This document shows, one piece after another, positions 1 through 17,874 of a DNA stretch of 60,000 nucleotides. Position numbers and translations under genes: made by a program. The notes beneath the pieces are model-generated. The model made no database searches. It saw nothing but the letters and a program-made list of their open reading frames with translations, and was not told the DNA's origin. Every line of letters starts with the position of its first letter. Within the stretch, counting starts at the first letter, position 1. This DNA comes from Felis catus (Eukaryota). The stretch spans positions 17,300,001-17,360,000 of the forward strand of contig NC_058383.1 of NCBI RefSeq assembly GCF_018350175.1, read 5' to 3'.

Positions 1-881
1 CTTATTTTTGTAAGGTTTTTGAGATTGCCCCCACCCACCTCTGAATACTTACCACGCAAACTCTCATTTAAAAACCCTACTTTTCCAAAAAAGGAGTTAA
101 CACACTGACATTCCTCCCCTTTTCAAAGGGAGACAGAGGAAGGTCCTTCAAACATATTTACCAACAGATTTGACCAATGCTTTAACATCAAATCTAAGGT
201 TTTATACTTCAACTACAGCGGGAAGGGGAAGAAAGAGAAGGTCCAGCTGGACAAGTAGCAGGAGGAGGGGGACAGTGGAGCAAATAGATGGGATACCACT
301 GTCAAGCGTATTTTGTCCAAAAGGTCTGCACACTTCAGACAGCTCCATAAACCAAGTCACACACAGAATCATTACTGCCAGTCAAATTACTGCCATCAAG
401 CGCATGGATTCAAATAACTACAAAATGCGGGAAGAGTAGCCAATTCCTGGAAGCTAAAGTCATCAGGTTAAGCATTAACAACTCCTTTAGAGGACACATG
501 GGAATACATTTAACAAGTTTCCCTACTACCAGGAGTGGGATCATCGGTTTCCCTTGCAAAGAAGACTTTACTTCCATGTTTCTTGCCTAGGATATCAATG
601 ACTCCAGTCCATATACACCCACATATTTTTTCCTTTTTCTTTGAAAATAAAACGTCAGTACTCAAATCTCTATTCAAAGGTGTGGGTGAGAGTTCAGCCT
701 CCCAAATTCTCACCAAAAAATGGGGATGTACGAAGAAACCATCAATGTCCCCAACTCCAAGCCCTCACAAATCCCTAGAATAAAACTAATCATGCACTAA
801 GGAACTGGGCTTCAAGGGATATTCATGCAACCCTCCACAGTCCCCAAGAGATGTTACTCCCTGGCTCACAAGAACACCTAC

Positions 882-4322
<3,441 letters not shown>

Positions 4323-6135
4323 GTCCGCGCACGCGCGCACAGGCCGACAAGCAACAAGATTCCAACACCACAGAGCACCGACGCCTCGAGGACTGAGCAG
4401 CCCCGCCTCCTGCGTCGAGGCTTATGTAGTCCTCCCCGCCTACGTACCGCGGAGGAATGTACCAAATTCTGGAAAGAAAGGGGGGAGCGTGGCCGGATTC
4501 CTACCAATCTTCAGGGAGTATAAAGAGCCCGAACAGACAGAGGAGAGGCATATTAACTAAGAAACTTGCAAATAACGTATATAATCCTATTTTTTCTGGC
4601 AAAGCACTTCGACTCGCCCTGTGGAACTAGCCCACTATCCACCTTCACCCCTATAAAGGTATAATGATACGGTCTGATTACCCTCTGGGGGCGGGGCAAG
4701 GGGCCTAGGGCGTCTGCGGACGCAACTGTAGTCAAAGCCGGGAGTCGTGGGGCGGGAACCGAAATTCTTCTGGCTGGCCCATTTCACTGGGCCCCACTTT
4801 CACTCAGGATGGCAAGCTCTTGCGCTCTATAGCCCATCCACTGCCCCAGGAGCTTGGTGACTCCGGCGCTAACCTTCTCTGGCTCAAACATTCCTCCCCC
4901 GGAACACACACCGAACCTCTCCCTTCCTGTATCTCGATTTCATCGTCTTTCGGGGTCGCATTTCCTTAGTCCTTGCCAGGATTTGTGGATTGTGACGGCT
5001 GACCTGAAAGAAGGAATAGAGTTGTCCTAATCTGGTCCAGCACTGGTACCCCACCAAACCCTCAGGGTTTTGCCCTTGACTAGCGGTAGGACCAGAAAGC
5101 CCAGGCCCTCTGGACCTCAGAGAGCGTTGGGATTAGTTTCCGGTCTCCCAGCCTTCTACTGATACGGAGCTTTTTATTTTCTTGAAGCCCTAGCAAGGAA
5201 CCAATGGGAATATCCAGTAATAACTGATATTTAGATAGAGCTTAAGTGGTTTCAAAATGTACAATCAGGGGCGCCTGGCTGGCTCAGTTGGTGGAGCCTG
5301 CGACTCTTGATCTTAGGGTTGTGAGTTCCAGCCCCATATTGGTGTACAGATTATTTAAAAATAAAATCTTAAAAAAAAAAAAAAAAGTGTAATCAACTGC
5401 TTTTCCATCACAATCTTATGAAGAAGGTAAACGTGTCTCCATTTTATAGACAAGAAAGGAGACTAAGACCAAGTGCAATACAGATTATAGAGTGGCTAAA
5501 GGTTTAACCTGATTGGAGCAGAGGTCTTCGTAGCCACAAAACACTGCTTTAGTTGGTTAAATGAACACTTTGCAGTGCTCTGAAGCCTGTTCACTCCCTG
5601 TGAGTACAAGGACAAAAAGTGAAATTCAAATTAACTTGCAATTTGAATTTTAAGCAGCCTTGCCTAAAGAAGTAAATTTTAAAAGTATTAAATAAAACAA
5701 GACAGGGGTGCCTGGGTGGCTCAGTCTGTTAAGCATTCAACTCTTGATTTCAGCTCAGGTTGTGATCTCATGGTTGGTGGGATCCAGCCAGTGTGGGGCT
5801 CTGAGCTGACGGGGAGGAGCCTACTTGGGATTCTCTCTCTCCTTCTGCACTCCCCCCAGCCCCCACATGCTCTATAAGTAAATAAATAGATAGAGGGGCA
5901 CCTAGGTGGCTCAGTTAGTTAAGCAACTCTTGATTTTGGCTCAGGTCATGAGCTCACAGTTTGTGAGTTTGAGCCGGAGTGCTTGGGATTTTCTCTCCCT
6001 CTCTCCCTCTGACCCTTCCCTGCTCTCTCTCTAGCATGCACACATGCATGCTCTTTCTCTCTCTTTCTCAAAATATGTAAATTAACTGTTAAAAAATGGG
6101 GGAGGAGAAAAAAAGTAAAATACTATAAAAATATG

Positions 6136-6236
6136 GGTAGAAGCCAGGAATGCTGCTAAATATCCCTACAATATGCAGAGTAGTTCCGCCACAACAAGGC
6201 CCAAGATGCCAATAGTGCTGAGATTGAGAAACCTTG
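6136..6236 (+). mobile_element. MER20-like hAT-Charlie MITE, 3' half
   Basis: gggtagaagccaggaatgctgctaaatatccctaca...aatagtgctgagattgagaaacc resembles the MER20 consensus (from memory). Confidence 0.7.
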
Positions 6237-9200
6237 CCATATAATAAAGATGACCAGATTCCCTATGGATAGGTACTTAGATGACTTATAATATTTTGAT
6301 ATATAGACCATCCTGTAATGACAGTGGTATAAATTGGGAGTTCTTTGTTGCAGATGACATAATCCACTTTAGTTTAAGCAGAAAAAAAAATGTGATAGGC
6401 AGTTACCACATTTCTGATAGAGTCAAAATCAAGCCTGGATGCTTCCTAGCCAATAACACATAGCAGTCCAAAGGTCCAATGACACCACAGAGACCTTTTC
6501 TGGTAGAAATAAATTCCAGTGCTGTCACCTCATGCCATTGACGTAAATTATACTAGGGATGTTATAACCTCCATAAGAGCTACTTGTGACAGACCAAAAG
6601 CTTGAGATACTATGCTGGCCAGAATATCTGAACTTCCCACAAATGGTTGCTGTCTCCAATCTTGTGTGATGCATCTGCTTGACAAAATTGGACAGGAGAT
6701 GATTAAGAGACACACATGGAACTTGAGAGGGTCATGGCTGGACATACACATCCGGGAGCTGAAGGCATAATGTGGATAAGATTGTCTAGACCTAGTTTTT
6801 AACCTGTAGTCCCCACTAGGGGTTTGGAAATAGCATCCAGGGAATAACAAATTTGGACAGAAAAATATTACTTTTTTTTTTTTTTTTACTAACCTCCAAT
6901 TGGCATTTAGCATTTTTCTCAATATGGTGTCTATAGACAACAAATCATAGTAGCTCAACCGATTGAGCCATCCAGGTGCCCCCACAAAGATGTTTTTAAG
7001 AAATATGTTGGGGTGCCTGGGTGGCTCAGTTGGTTGAGCATCTGACTTCAGCTCAGGTCGTGATCCCATGGCTCATGAGCTCGAGCCCCGCGTCAGGCTC
7101 TGGGCTGACAGCTCAGAGCCTGGAGCCTGCTTCTGATTCTGTGTCTCCCTCTCTCTCTGCCCCTAACCCACTTGCATTCTGTCTCTGTCTCCCTCAAAAA
7201 TAAATAAACATTAAAAAAAGGAAGAAATATGTTGATCAGGGGGTGTCTGGGTGGCTCAGTTGGTTGAGCATCCGACTTCAGCTCGAGATATGATCTCACG
7301 ATTCATGGGTTCGAGCCCTACATCGGGCCTTATGCTGACAGTGCAAAGCCTCCTTTGGATTCTGTCTCCCTCTCTTTCTGCCCCTTCCCTGCTCATGCTC
7401 TATAAATAAATAAATAAATAAATAAATAAACAAACAAACAAACATTAAAAATTTTTTTTTTAAAAAGGAAGAAACATGTTGATTGGAGTTCTGTGATTCA
7501 GGGACTGGATCTTCTTCATCTTCCTCTCTCAAGTCTGTCACATGCTCAGTACATATTATGCAGTGCTTTAACCATGTTTGCTGAAGCATAAAAGTTAAGA
7601 GCAGGAACTATGACCAGGTGACCTGGCTTTCTGGCTTTGCTACCTTCTGTATAGCCCTGGGCATAGCTTTGGACATTTCTGTTCCTATTTGCTCATCTGC
7701 AAGATGCAATCCTCACATCAACCTTTTATTGTGAAGAATAAGATAAAGAAAATTATCATTATTAAATATTAGTTTTGTTACCAAATTGCTTCATCTGTTT
7801 TGCACACTAATGTATCCAGAACAGTGCCTGGAAAACTGTAGGGGCTTGGTAAATAGTTGTAGAATTAATGAATGAATGAGTGATGGACTTCCCTTTGTCT
7901 TACTCCAGAGTCACACTGACCTTCCAATGGGGTGGATGAAGGGTGTTGAACCAAAAGGGCTTAAATTAGTAGGAGTTTGTGGGAAAGCCTAGGGCACAGC
8001 CCTCAATTTTTTCTGTAGTAAAAAGTATCAAACCTACAAAGGAACTTCTAGAACCCATATCAAAGGTAATTTGAAAAGGAAAATCTGCATGGCATGTGTA
8101 CCAGGAATAATTTCATTTGTCTTTATTTTTTATTTTATAATTTTATTTTTTTAATTAAAAAAATTTTTAATGTTTACTTATTTTTGAGAGAGACAGAGAG
8201 ACAAAGCGTGAGCGGGGAAGGAGCAGAGAGAGAGAGGGAGACACAGAATCCAAAGCAGGCTCTAGGCTCTGAGCTATCACCACAAAGCCCAATGCAGGGC
8301 TTGAACCCACGAACCATGAGACCATGACCTGAGCCGAAGTTGGACGCTTAAACAACTGAGCCACCCAGGACCCCCTATTTTTTTTTTTTTATTTTTTAAT
8401 GTTTATTTATTTTTGAGAGAGACAGAGCGGGGGAGGGGGAGGAGCAGAGAGAGAGAGAGAGACACAGAATTGGAAGCTGGCTCCAGGCTCCTAGCTGTCA
8501 GCACAGAGCTCCACATGGGGCTCAAAGTCACAAACCACAAGATCATGACCAGAGCTGGAAGTCAGAACCAACTGAGCCACCCAGGTGCCCCATTTCTTTA
8601 TTTTTTTTATATATGAAGTGTTTAAAGGAAACTCACTTTTTCCTGGATCCTCTTTTATATTTTAATTTCTTACTATGAATGTATATTGACCAATTCAAAA
8701 AAGAAATTACAAAAAAGAAATTGACTTTTACAGAGCAGCACAGCAAAGATGGTAAAAGGATTTTACAGAATGGGACCATTAGGATGAGAGGGGTGATTAG
8801 TCTTGCATTGAGTAGAATATAATGGGTTATCCTTCCCTGAGGTGATGACATTTCAGCTTGGAGTTTATCAGCCTAAATCCAGCGAGAACAGAGGAAGGAG
8901 GGAGGAGACAACCTGACTGAGTTCTTGTCCTGGCCTTGCACTTTGGCTGGGTCCCTGTCTACAAGATCCAGAAGGAAGAACTGAAAATGTCCCTCAGGAG
9001 TGTTCACTGAGCCTGAGGAACAGTGTGGAGGGATAGTGTTAGGGCTGTAGACCAGACCTGGGCCACTTCCAGCCTGCAGTGCTAAGTAGAGAAACTCATT
9101 CCTTCCTCTAGGCCAATGTGACAAATGCAGGGCTGAAGCCTTGGGGAAAGGAGCAGGAGCTAAGTTTCTTTCCTTTTTTTTTTTTTTTTTAATTTAAAAA

Positions 9201-10526
9201 AAATTTTTTTCCCTTTGTAAGTAATCTCCACTCCCAATTTGGAACTCAAACTCACAATCCTGATATCAAGAGTTGCACGCTCTACTGAGTGAGCCAGCCA
9301 AGCGCCCCAGCCAGGAGCTGAATTTCACTCTGCCCCAATTAGCTTTTCTGTAGGACAAAATCCATACCATCCCAAGCAGAGGCCTTGAGGCATAAAAAGA
9401 CTCTTACTTCATACCACTCAAAACAGGAATAGAAGAAAGTGACCTTGTAGATCAGTTGTGAATATCAAATGATATTTCCATTTGCAAATCACCTGTAACT
9501 TCATCTGGAACATAATAGGCATGAATAAACGTCCTTTTCTCTCTCACCCTCCTTCAAGATGTACAGCTTCCAGAAAGAAATAACTATTTTATTATTTCCT
9601 TGGGCAGGACAGGAAGTGCCCCTATGGGGCCCACTCAGGTTTTGTGTCTCTAGAAGAGGTTGTCATAGTAAACAGAACTGGGAAAGTAAATACCAGGCAG
9701 ATAATTGGGCTGCACTAAGAGAAAAGCTGCTTGCACCAGCTGGAAAAGGGCCACACAGGTCACTGGGTCTGAACACAAAGGGCAAGGCCTCCCAGGAGGC
9801 AGGGCGAGGAAATTGAACAGGCACAGGATGAGGAGCCTGGGGACAGTGGGAAACTGTCCCGTCTTTGTGCCACAATCACTTCCAAATGGGGTAGATGTCC
9901 CAAGGGAACAAATTGGGCGTACCCAAATTCTGGTACCTGGCTCATGAAAAATGTAACATAAAAGGCTCTGGTAGCATTCCTGCATCATTGCTTTTTTTGA
10001 GGCCCCAGGGCCCTTAGGGTCTTCAGCTCTAAAGACAAAGGAAAAGGGAAAGGGTAGAGCAGAAGAAATTGGGACTGCCAGACAAATATGCAAAAGAATC
10101 TGACAAAACTTGTTTATGCTTGACTTGTTCATGCAAAGAAGATTTAAACCCTCACACGCCAAAAATATATATACTTTAGATTCAGTTGCATATTTTGACA
10201 GAAAGGTGTAAGAGTTCTGACTTTCTGTGGGGCAATTAAAAGGAAAATTACACATATGAAACTTTTTTTTCTGTAAACTGTTGTCTCAAGAGAACTATCT
10301 AGAGGAGTATGATCCACCTATGTACTTTAAATTTTTTAGGAGTAATATTTTAAGAAGTAAAACGAGGGGCACCTGGGTGGCTCAGTCGTTAAGCATCCAA
10401 CTTCAACTCAGATCATGATCTCAAGGTTCATGGGTTCGAACTCAGCATTGGGGTCTGTGCTGACAGCTCAGAGCCTGGAGCCTGCTTCGGATTCTGTGTC
10501 TCCCTCTCTCTCTGCCTCTCCCCCAC

Positions 10527-10581
<55 letters not shown>

Positions 10582-11811
10582 CTCTCTCTATCTCTCGTAA
10601 ATAAACTTAAAAATGAATAAAAATAAAAAGTAAAACAAATTAGTGAGATAGTTTACATTATTTTTTTCCTCTACTAAATCTTTGAAATCTGGTAGGCCAC
10701 CAAGATGAGCCTGAAAAGGCTACACACACCAAGAAGGCACAGACAGACACACGTACACACCTAGAAGGACATCCCTGGTCATTTCCATGACTGCTTTTTC
10801 TGTTCCCAACTAAACAGTTGTTTTTCCGTTGTTGTTATTTCTAAGAATTTTGTACTAGGATGCATGGGTGGCTCAGTCAGCTAAGTATCAGACTTTAGCT
10901 CAGGTCACGATCTCACAGTTCACGAATTCAAGACCCGCATTAGGCTCTGTGCTGACAGCTGAGCCTGGAGCCTGCTTCGGCTTCTGTGTCTCCCTCTCTC
11001 TCTCTGCCCCTCCCCCATTCACACTCTATCTCTCTCTCAAAAATAAATAAAACATTACAAAAATAAAAAATAATTTAAAAAAAGAATTTTGTCCTAAGAC
11101 TCCTGCCTTTTAGCTGATTAGAAACCAGAGAATTTAGCAACTCATTTCTTTAGTAAAAGTTTCATATGAAATAACTTACAAAAGTTTTGTTTGAAAAAAA
11201 AAAAAGAGTGGTGCCCAGGAGGCTCAGTCAGTTAAACGTTCAAAACTTGCTTTTGGCTCAGGTCATGATCTCATGGTTCAAGAGTTCAAGCCTTGCATCA
11301 GACTCTGTTGCTGACAGTGCAGAACCTGTGTGGGATTCTCTCTCCCTCTGTCTCTCTCTGTTCCTACCCTGCTCACATGCTCTCTCTCTCTCTCTCTCAA
11401 AGTAAATGAATAAACTTTTAAAAAAAGTAATTAGTTAATTAAAAAACAGAGAAGCCCAGGGGCACCTGGATGGCTTAGTCAGTTGAGCACCCAACTCGAT
11501 TTTGGCTCAGATCATGATCCCAGGGTTGGGGGATGGAGCCCTGAGTATCCCTCTGTGCTGAACATGGAGCCTGCATAGAATTCTCTCATTCTCTGCCTCT
11601 GCCCCTCTCCTCTGCTCACACTCTCCCTCTCTCTCTCTCTCAAATAAAAAAAAAGAGGGGTGCCTGGATGGCTAAGTTGGTTGAGCGTCTGACTCTTGAT
11701 TTTTGCTCGGGTCATGATCTCATGGATTCTGGAGACTGAGCCCCGCGTTGGGCTCTGTGCTGACAGCATGGAGCCTGCTTGGGATTCTCTCTCTCTCCCT
11801 CTTTCTCTGCT

Positions 11812-11856
<45 letters not shown>

Positions 11857-12539
11857 AAATAAGTAAACTTTTAAAAAAGAAAAGAAAAAAGAAGTCTGAA
11901 AAACATAGCATAATAAAACTGGAAGATTTGCTTCTCATTTTGGACATTTTCTTACCTGATGATCCTTACTGAAATAAGGCAATTTTATGGGTAAATTTGG
12001 CCTTAGTAATTTCTAGCGAAGACGCGTTTCTTCTCTGTGATAGAGGAAAGACATCATCCCCAAAGCCAAACCACCACTGAGTATAAAATTGGAGATGCAG
12101 ACATGGTTTGTTTTAGTCCACAGGGAAAAATAACATAGTCCTGCCCAATATAATTGTTATTTGATACTTTTCTATGACAATAGGCAAAACCCTCTGGACC
12201 AGTACCAAAGTTGTGTAGAAATTTGTGATAACCGTATCAAAATATATCTAAATGCAGGGGAATTATGGATTTGTGATTCACCAAGGTTTTCGTATTTCAG
12301 AACTTCCTTTTACTGGCCTAAGCCAAACAAGTAGTATTTACATTGAAATGGTTCAAGTAGAGGTGCCTCAGTGGCTCAGTGGGTTAAGCATCTGACTTCA
12401 GCTCAGGTCATGATTTAAGGTTCATGACTTCGAGCCCTGCATTGGGCTCTCTGCTGTTAGCGCAGAGCCCACTTCGGATCCTCTGTCTCCCTCTCTCTCT
12501 GTGTCCCTCCCCTGCTAGCTCTCTGTCAAAAATAAACAT

Positions 12540-12541
12540 GA

Positions 12542-12605
<64 letters not shown>

Positions 12606-12606
12606 A
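12540..12606 (+). repeat. (GAAA)n tetranucleotide microsatellite in a SINE tail
   Basis: Perfect GAAA array directly after a SINE A-rich tail. Confidence 0.95.
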
Positions 12607-14339
12607 TTCTACTGAGTTCTACTGACTGAGCCAGCCAAGCACTCCCTGAAGATAACTTTGTTTCAGCTTTGGTCTAAGCTATTTAATTATTACCAAAAGC
12701 AAATAGATGTGCAGGACCTGCTTTCCCTAGTAATTCTCAATAATTCAGACTTTTACTTTACCCTCTAAAATGTCTGAGTAATAAAACCTTTAATCTTTAA
12801 TCTCTGTACCCTGGAAACACTGTCTCTCTCAAAAAGAATCCAGGGGCGCCTGGGTGGCTTGGTCGGTTAAGCGTCCGACTTTGGCTCAGGTCATGATCTC
12901 ACGGTCCGTGAGTTCAAGCCCCACGTCAGGCTCTGGGCTGACAGCTCAGAGCCTGAAGCCTGTTTCAGATTCTGTGTCTCCCTCTCTCTCTGCTCCTCCC
13001 CTGTTCATGCTCTGTCTCTCTCTGTCTCAAAAATAAATAAACATTAAAAAAATTTTTTTAAATAATAATAATAAAAAAAAAGAATCCAGAGAGCAAATGG
13101 GCACAGACCTAAAGACAAAACATGTTTGAAAAGTGGGTGAAACCTGGAGAATCTTTACACAGAAATGGTAAAATAAAACACAAGGATGTAAGCTTTTTGC
13201 TCCTAACACAGGGAAAGGAACAATAAGGAAACTTCCTGTAACACGGAGAGCCTATGATTTTATACATTGGAAAATACAAAAATAGGTTGCAACAGTGTGG
13301 GTTCCAGCTGGCATGCTGGGGACCCTATGGCTGTAAGTGTTTGACATTGCTGGCTGGGAGCACTGCTGGGACCCACACGCTGCAGGGGCTGTTTCAGGAT
13401 GTGCTAATTACAGGGACCGTTGCACTGTTTCAACAGATATGCTGGCCATCCACTCTGTATGTAAACTATATTAGTACTTCAGACTCCAAGTGGGATGTGC
13501 AATCATGCTCCCCCCGGATAAAATACAAAGGTCTGGATAGCACAGTAATTTAAACATACACTTTTGTGTGATAATACATGTCATAAAACAAATATTTGGG
13601 GAAAATGTATATATTCATGAAAACAAAGTAGGGAAAAAGGAAGGGGCACCCGGGTGGCTCAGTCCATTGACCATCTGACTTTTGATTTCAGCTCAGGTCA
13701 TGATCTCAAGCTTCATGAGATGCAGCCCCATGTCTGGCTCTATGGTGATAGTGTGGAGCCTGCCTGGGATTCTCTCTCTAACTCTCTCTCTGCCCCTCCC
13801 CCATTTGTGCACGTGTGCTAGGGCTCATGCGCGTGCTCTCTCTCTCAAAAATAAATAAAATAAGCATTTTTAAAAAAGAAAGTAGGAAAAGGGAGAAAAA
13901 AGAAAGGACACCCAAAAAGCTTTTCTTTTTTCTTTTTTAATCTTTTAATGTTTATTTATTTTTGAGAGAGAGAGAAAGACAGAGTGCACGTGGGGGAGGG
14001 GCAGAGAGAGAGAGAGAGAGAGAGAGAGAATCCGAAACAGGCTCTAGGCTCTGAGCTATCAGCACAGAGCCCGATGCGGGGCTCGAACCCATGAACCGAG
14101 AGATCATGACCTAAGCTGAAGCTGGACGCTCAGGGGTGCCTAGGTGGCTCAGTCAGCTGACTTTGGCTCAGATCATGATCTCACAGTCTGTGGGTTCAAG
14201 CCCCACATCGGGCTCTGTGCTGACAACTCAGAGCCTAGAGTCTGCTTTGGATTCTGTGTGTGTCTCTCTCTCAGCCCCTCCCCTACTCATGCTCTGTCTC
14301 TGTCTCTCTCTTTCAAATATAAACATTAAAAAAAAAATT

Positions 14340-14549
14340 TTTTTTTCAACGTTTATTTATTTTTGCGACAGAGAGAGACAGAGCATGAACAGGGGAGGGG
14401 CAGAGAGAGAGGGAGACACAGAATCGGAAACAGGCTCCAGGCTCTGAGCCATCAGCCCAGAGCCTGACGCGGGGCTCGAACTCACGGACCGCGAGATCGT
14501 GACCTGGCTGAAGTCGGATGCTTAACCGACTGCGCCACGCAGGCGCCCC
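14340..14549 (-). mobile_element. Young felid SINEC_Fc-type element nested in another SINE's tail
   Basis: CpG-rich diagnostic sequence (reverse complement of GGCGCAGTCGGTTAAG...CAGCCAGGTCACGATCTCGCGGTCCG...GGGCTGATGGCTCAG...GTTTCCGATTC); flanked by repeated aaaaaaaatttttttt. Confidence 0.85.
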
Positions 14550-14688
14550 TAAAAAAAATTTTTTTTAATGAAGTCGGATGTTTAGCCAACTTAGCCAAAA
14601 GCTTTCCTTTGCATAGGTTACCTCTATCTACAATTACTGTATTAGAAATTGATATATTTTTTAAAATTTTTAACGTTTATTTATTTTT

Positions 14689-14898
14689 TTTCAACGTTTT
14701 TTATTTTATTTTTGGGACAGAGAGAAACAGAGCATGAACGGGGGAGGGGCAGAGAGAGAGGGAGACACAGAATCGGAAACAGGCTCCAGGCTCTGAGCCA
14801 TCAGCCCAGAGCCTGACGCGGGGCTCGAACTCCCGGACCGCGAGATCGTGACCTGGCTGAAGTCGGACGCTTAACCGACTGCACCACCCAGGCGCCCC
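14689..14898 (-). mobile_element. Young felid SINEC_Fc-type element with 18-bp TSD, inside the tail of an older SINE
   Basis: TSD taacgtttatttattttt at 14671-14688 and 14899-14916; CpGs largely intact. Confidence 0.9.
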
Positions 14899-17659
14899 TA
14901 ACGTTTATTTATTTTTGAGAGACAGAGACAGCGTGAGCAGGGGAGGGGCAAAGAGAGGAGACACAGACTCCAGGCTCCAAGTTGTCAGCATAGAGCCTAA
15001 CACTGGATGCGGCTCGAACCCTTGAGCAGTGAGATCATGACCTGAGCCGAAGTCAGATGCTTAACGGACTGACCCACCCAGGCACCCCAGAAATTGATAC
15101 TTTTTAAATTATCATTACATGTTATGTAGTCTCTGGAAAACTTCAGAAAGTGAAAAAGGCAAATGACCTCTTAGTATTACTATGAAAATAGTTTTGATCT
15201 CACAGGCCCTCTGATAGGGTTTGGAGACCCACAGAGGTCCCCAGACCTCACTTTGACAACTGCTGAACTAGATTATTATGCTATCTCAATAAACAACCCC
15301 AGAATCTCAGTAGTTTTACACACATAAGTTTACTTTTTGCTTATGTGCATGTCCACTGAGGGCTCTGCTCTGTATCATCCTCATTCGGGGACCAAAGTGG
15401 AACGTTGCTGGTTATTGGAACAATGGTGAAAAAGCTAGCGCCAGAAGGTCTCAGAATTAAAGCTTTGGCCCAGTAGTTGTACATTCATTTCCATTCACAA
15501 TTCATTGGCCAGAAGTAGTCACATGGCTCTCCTCAACCACAAGGAGGGGCTGGGAAGTACAATCTTATCATGTGAAAATGATCCTTTCTCCTTGAAAATA
15601 TTTTTTCTTTTCAGTAAGGAAACAGAGTCTTTCTCAGAAGCCCCGACAGACTTTCTGTGGGTCAGAATTTGACCAATTGCTGGTAAAGAGGAGCAGTGTT
15701 AACCCAAACAGCCTCAGCACCATTATCATGCACTCCTGGGCAGAGGGTAGGGGACCTACATCCATGAACATATTGCTGCCCACCCAATGGCTGAACAAAA
15801 TTGGAGTCTGGTTAGCAAGAAAGAAGGAGAGGAATGGCTATCACCATCATCCCCCCTTTTTTGTTTTGGTCTGCCCTCACAATGGCAATCACAAATAGTA
15901 TGTTGAAATAGGCAGGAAACATACTTAAGGTACCTAAGATATCTCTTTCTTTATTATTATTAAAAAAAGTTTTTTAACATTTATTTGTTTTTGAGACAGA
16001 GAGAGGGAGACACAGAATCTGAAGCAGGCTCCAGGTTCTGAGCTGTCAGCACAGAGCCTGACCCAGGGCTTGAACTCAAGGACCACAAGATTATGACCTG
16101 AGCCGAATTCAGATACATAACCAACTGAGGCACCCAGGTGTGCCAAGTATCTCTTTTTTTTTTTGACAGACTTTTTTTGAGAGAGAGAAAGAGAGTACAC
16201 AAATCAGTGGGGGAGGGGCAGAGAGAAAGAGAGAGAGAGAGAGAGCATCTTAAATTTTTTTTTAATGTTTATTTATTCTTGAATGAGAGAGAGAGACAGA
16301 GAGCCTAAGTGGCGGAGGGACAGAGAGAGAGGAAGACACAGAATCCAAAGCAGACTCCAGGCTCTGAGCTGTCAGCACAGAGCCCAACACGGGGCTCGAA
16401 CTCATGAATTGCAAGATCATGACCCGAGCTGAAGTCAGATGCTCAACCGACTGAGCCACCCAGGTGCTCCTGAGAGAGACAGAGAATCTTAAGCAGGCTT
16501 CATAGTCAGTGTGGAGCCTGACTCAAGGCTTGATGTCATGACTGGAAGATCATGACCTGAGCCGAAATCAAGAGTCGGGTGTTCAACCAACTCAGCCACC
16601 CAGATGCCCCTCTTTTTTTTTTTTTTTTTTAAGTAAACTCTGCCCTCCATGTGAGGGTTGAACTCATGACCCAAGACAAAGTCGCAAGCTCTACTGAGCC
16701 ATTCCAGGCACCACTGATGCCAGAGGTGTATCTCTTAAAAGAGAAGATTTCCATTTAGAGAAACACTTGTCTAAGAGATAGAAAAACTGAATATTGTATT
16801 TCATCACAACTGATTCTAACCAGCTGAAGCTAATAAACAGGTGTGGACTTTGAGTGACTCCTGGATGCCAGACCCTTATGGGAACAAACTGAAGACTCCT
16901 TCCTAGCCAATGACAATGGGACTTGTTTTAACCAGTTGGGTCAGACCTATGGACTCATTCCATTCTATCCAAAGTGTTCATTTAAAAAAAAAATTTTTAA
17001 CGTTTTATTGTATTTTTTGAGAGAGAGAGAGGGGGGGGGACAGAGTACAAGCAGGGGAGAAACAGAGAGAGAGATTGACACAGAATCTGAAGCGGGCTAC
17101 ATGCTCTGATCTGTCAGCACAGAGCCCGATGCAGGGCTCAAACCCACAAACTCGAGATCACGACCTGAGTGAAGTCAAAAGCTAAACTAACTGAACTATC
17201 CAGGCACCCCTTGATTTTTAATTCTTAATCAGCATGTTACCATCAAAACTCCTTTATAATACTCAAAACTCCTGACCTCTCCCTCTCAGCATCACTCCCA
17301 GTGAATATCTTGTTCTGTCAAGCACACTCAGCTTTTTTCTTTTTCAAACTTCAGAGATTTTTGTTTTATTTATTGATAATCTTTTTTTAGATTTTATTTT
17401 TTTTATTGGGGGGGAGGGAGGCAGAGAGAGAAGAAGAGAGAGAATCCCAAGCAGGCTCCGTGCTGTTAGCTCAGAGCCTAACGCAGGGCTCTCACAACCA
17501 TGAGATCATGACCTGAGCTGAAATCAAGAGTGGGACACCTGCTTAACTGACTGAGCCACCCAGACGCCCTTATTCATTGATATCTTTAAAAATGATATAA
17601 TGTTAGCTTTTTAAAATTGTTTTAAATGGGAATTCAGTCCACAAATTGACCATCTAGAA

Positions 17660-17874
17660 CAAGACCATTAAATTTTTTCTTTAAAGAGAAGATGGTAAAC
17701 ATCTTGGGTTTTGTAAAGATCTCTGTCACAAGTATTCAATGCTACCTTTGTAGCACAAAAGCGGTCATAGACAACTGGTAAATGAATGGGAGTAGCTGTA
17801 TTCCAATAAAACTTTACTTAAAAAAACAAGCTGATGGTTGGATTTGGCTGGAAGGCCGGTTTGCAAACTCCTGA
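17660..17874 (+). mobile_element. MER58A-like hAT-Charlie MITE
   Basis: ...tctctgtcacaagtattcaatgctacctttgtagcacaaaagcggtcatagacaa...gtattccaataaaactttac...gtttgcaaactcctg resembles MER58A (from memory). Confidence 0.7.

Noticed and set aside
9650..10255. 201-aa minus-strand ORF
   Set aside because: No recognisable domain or gene structure; it lies opposite decayed repeat-like sequence.
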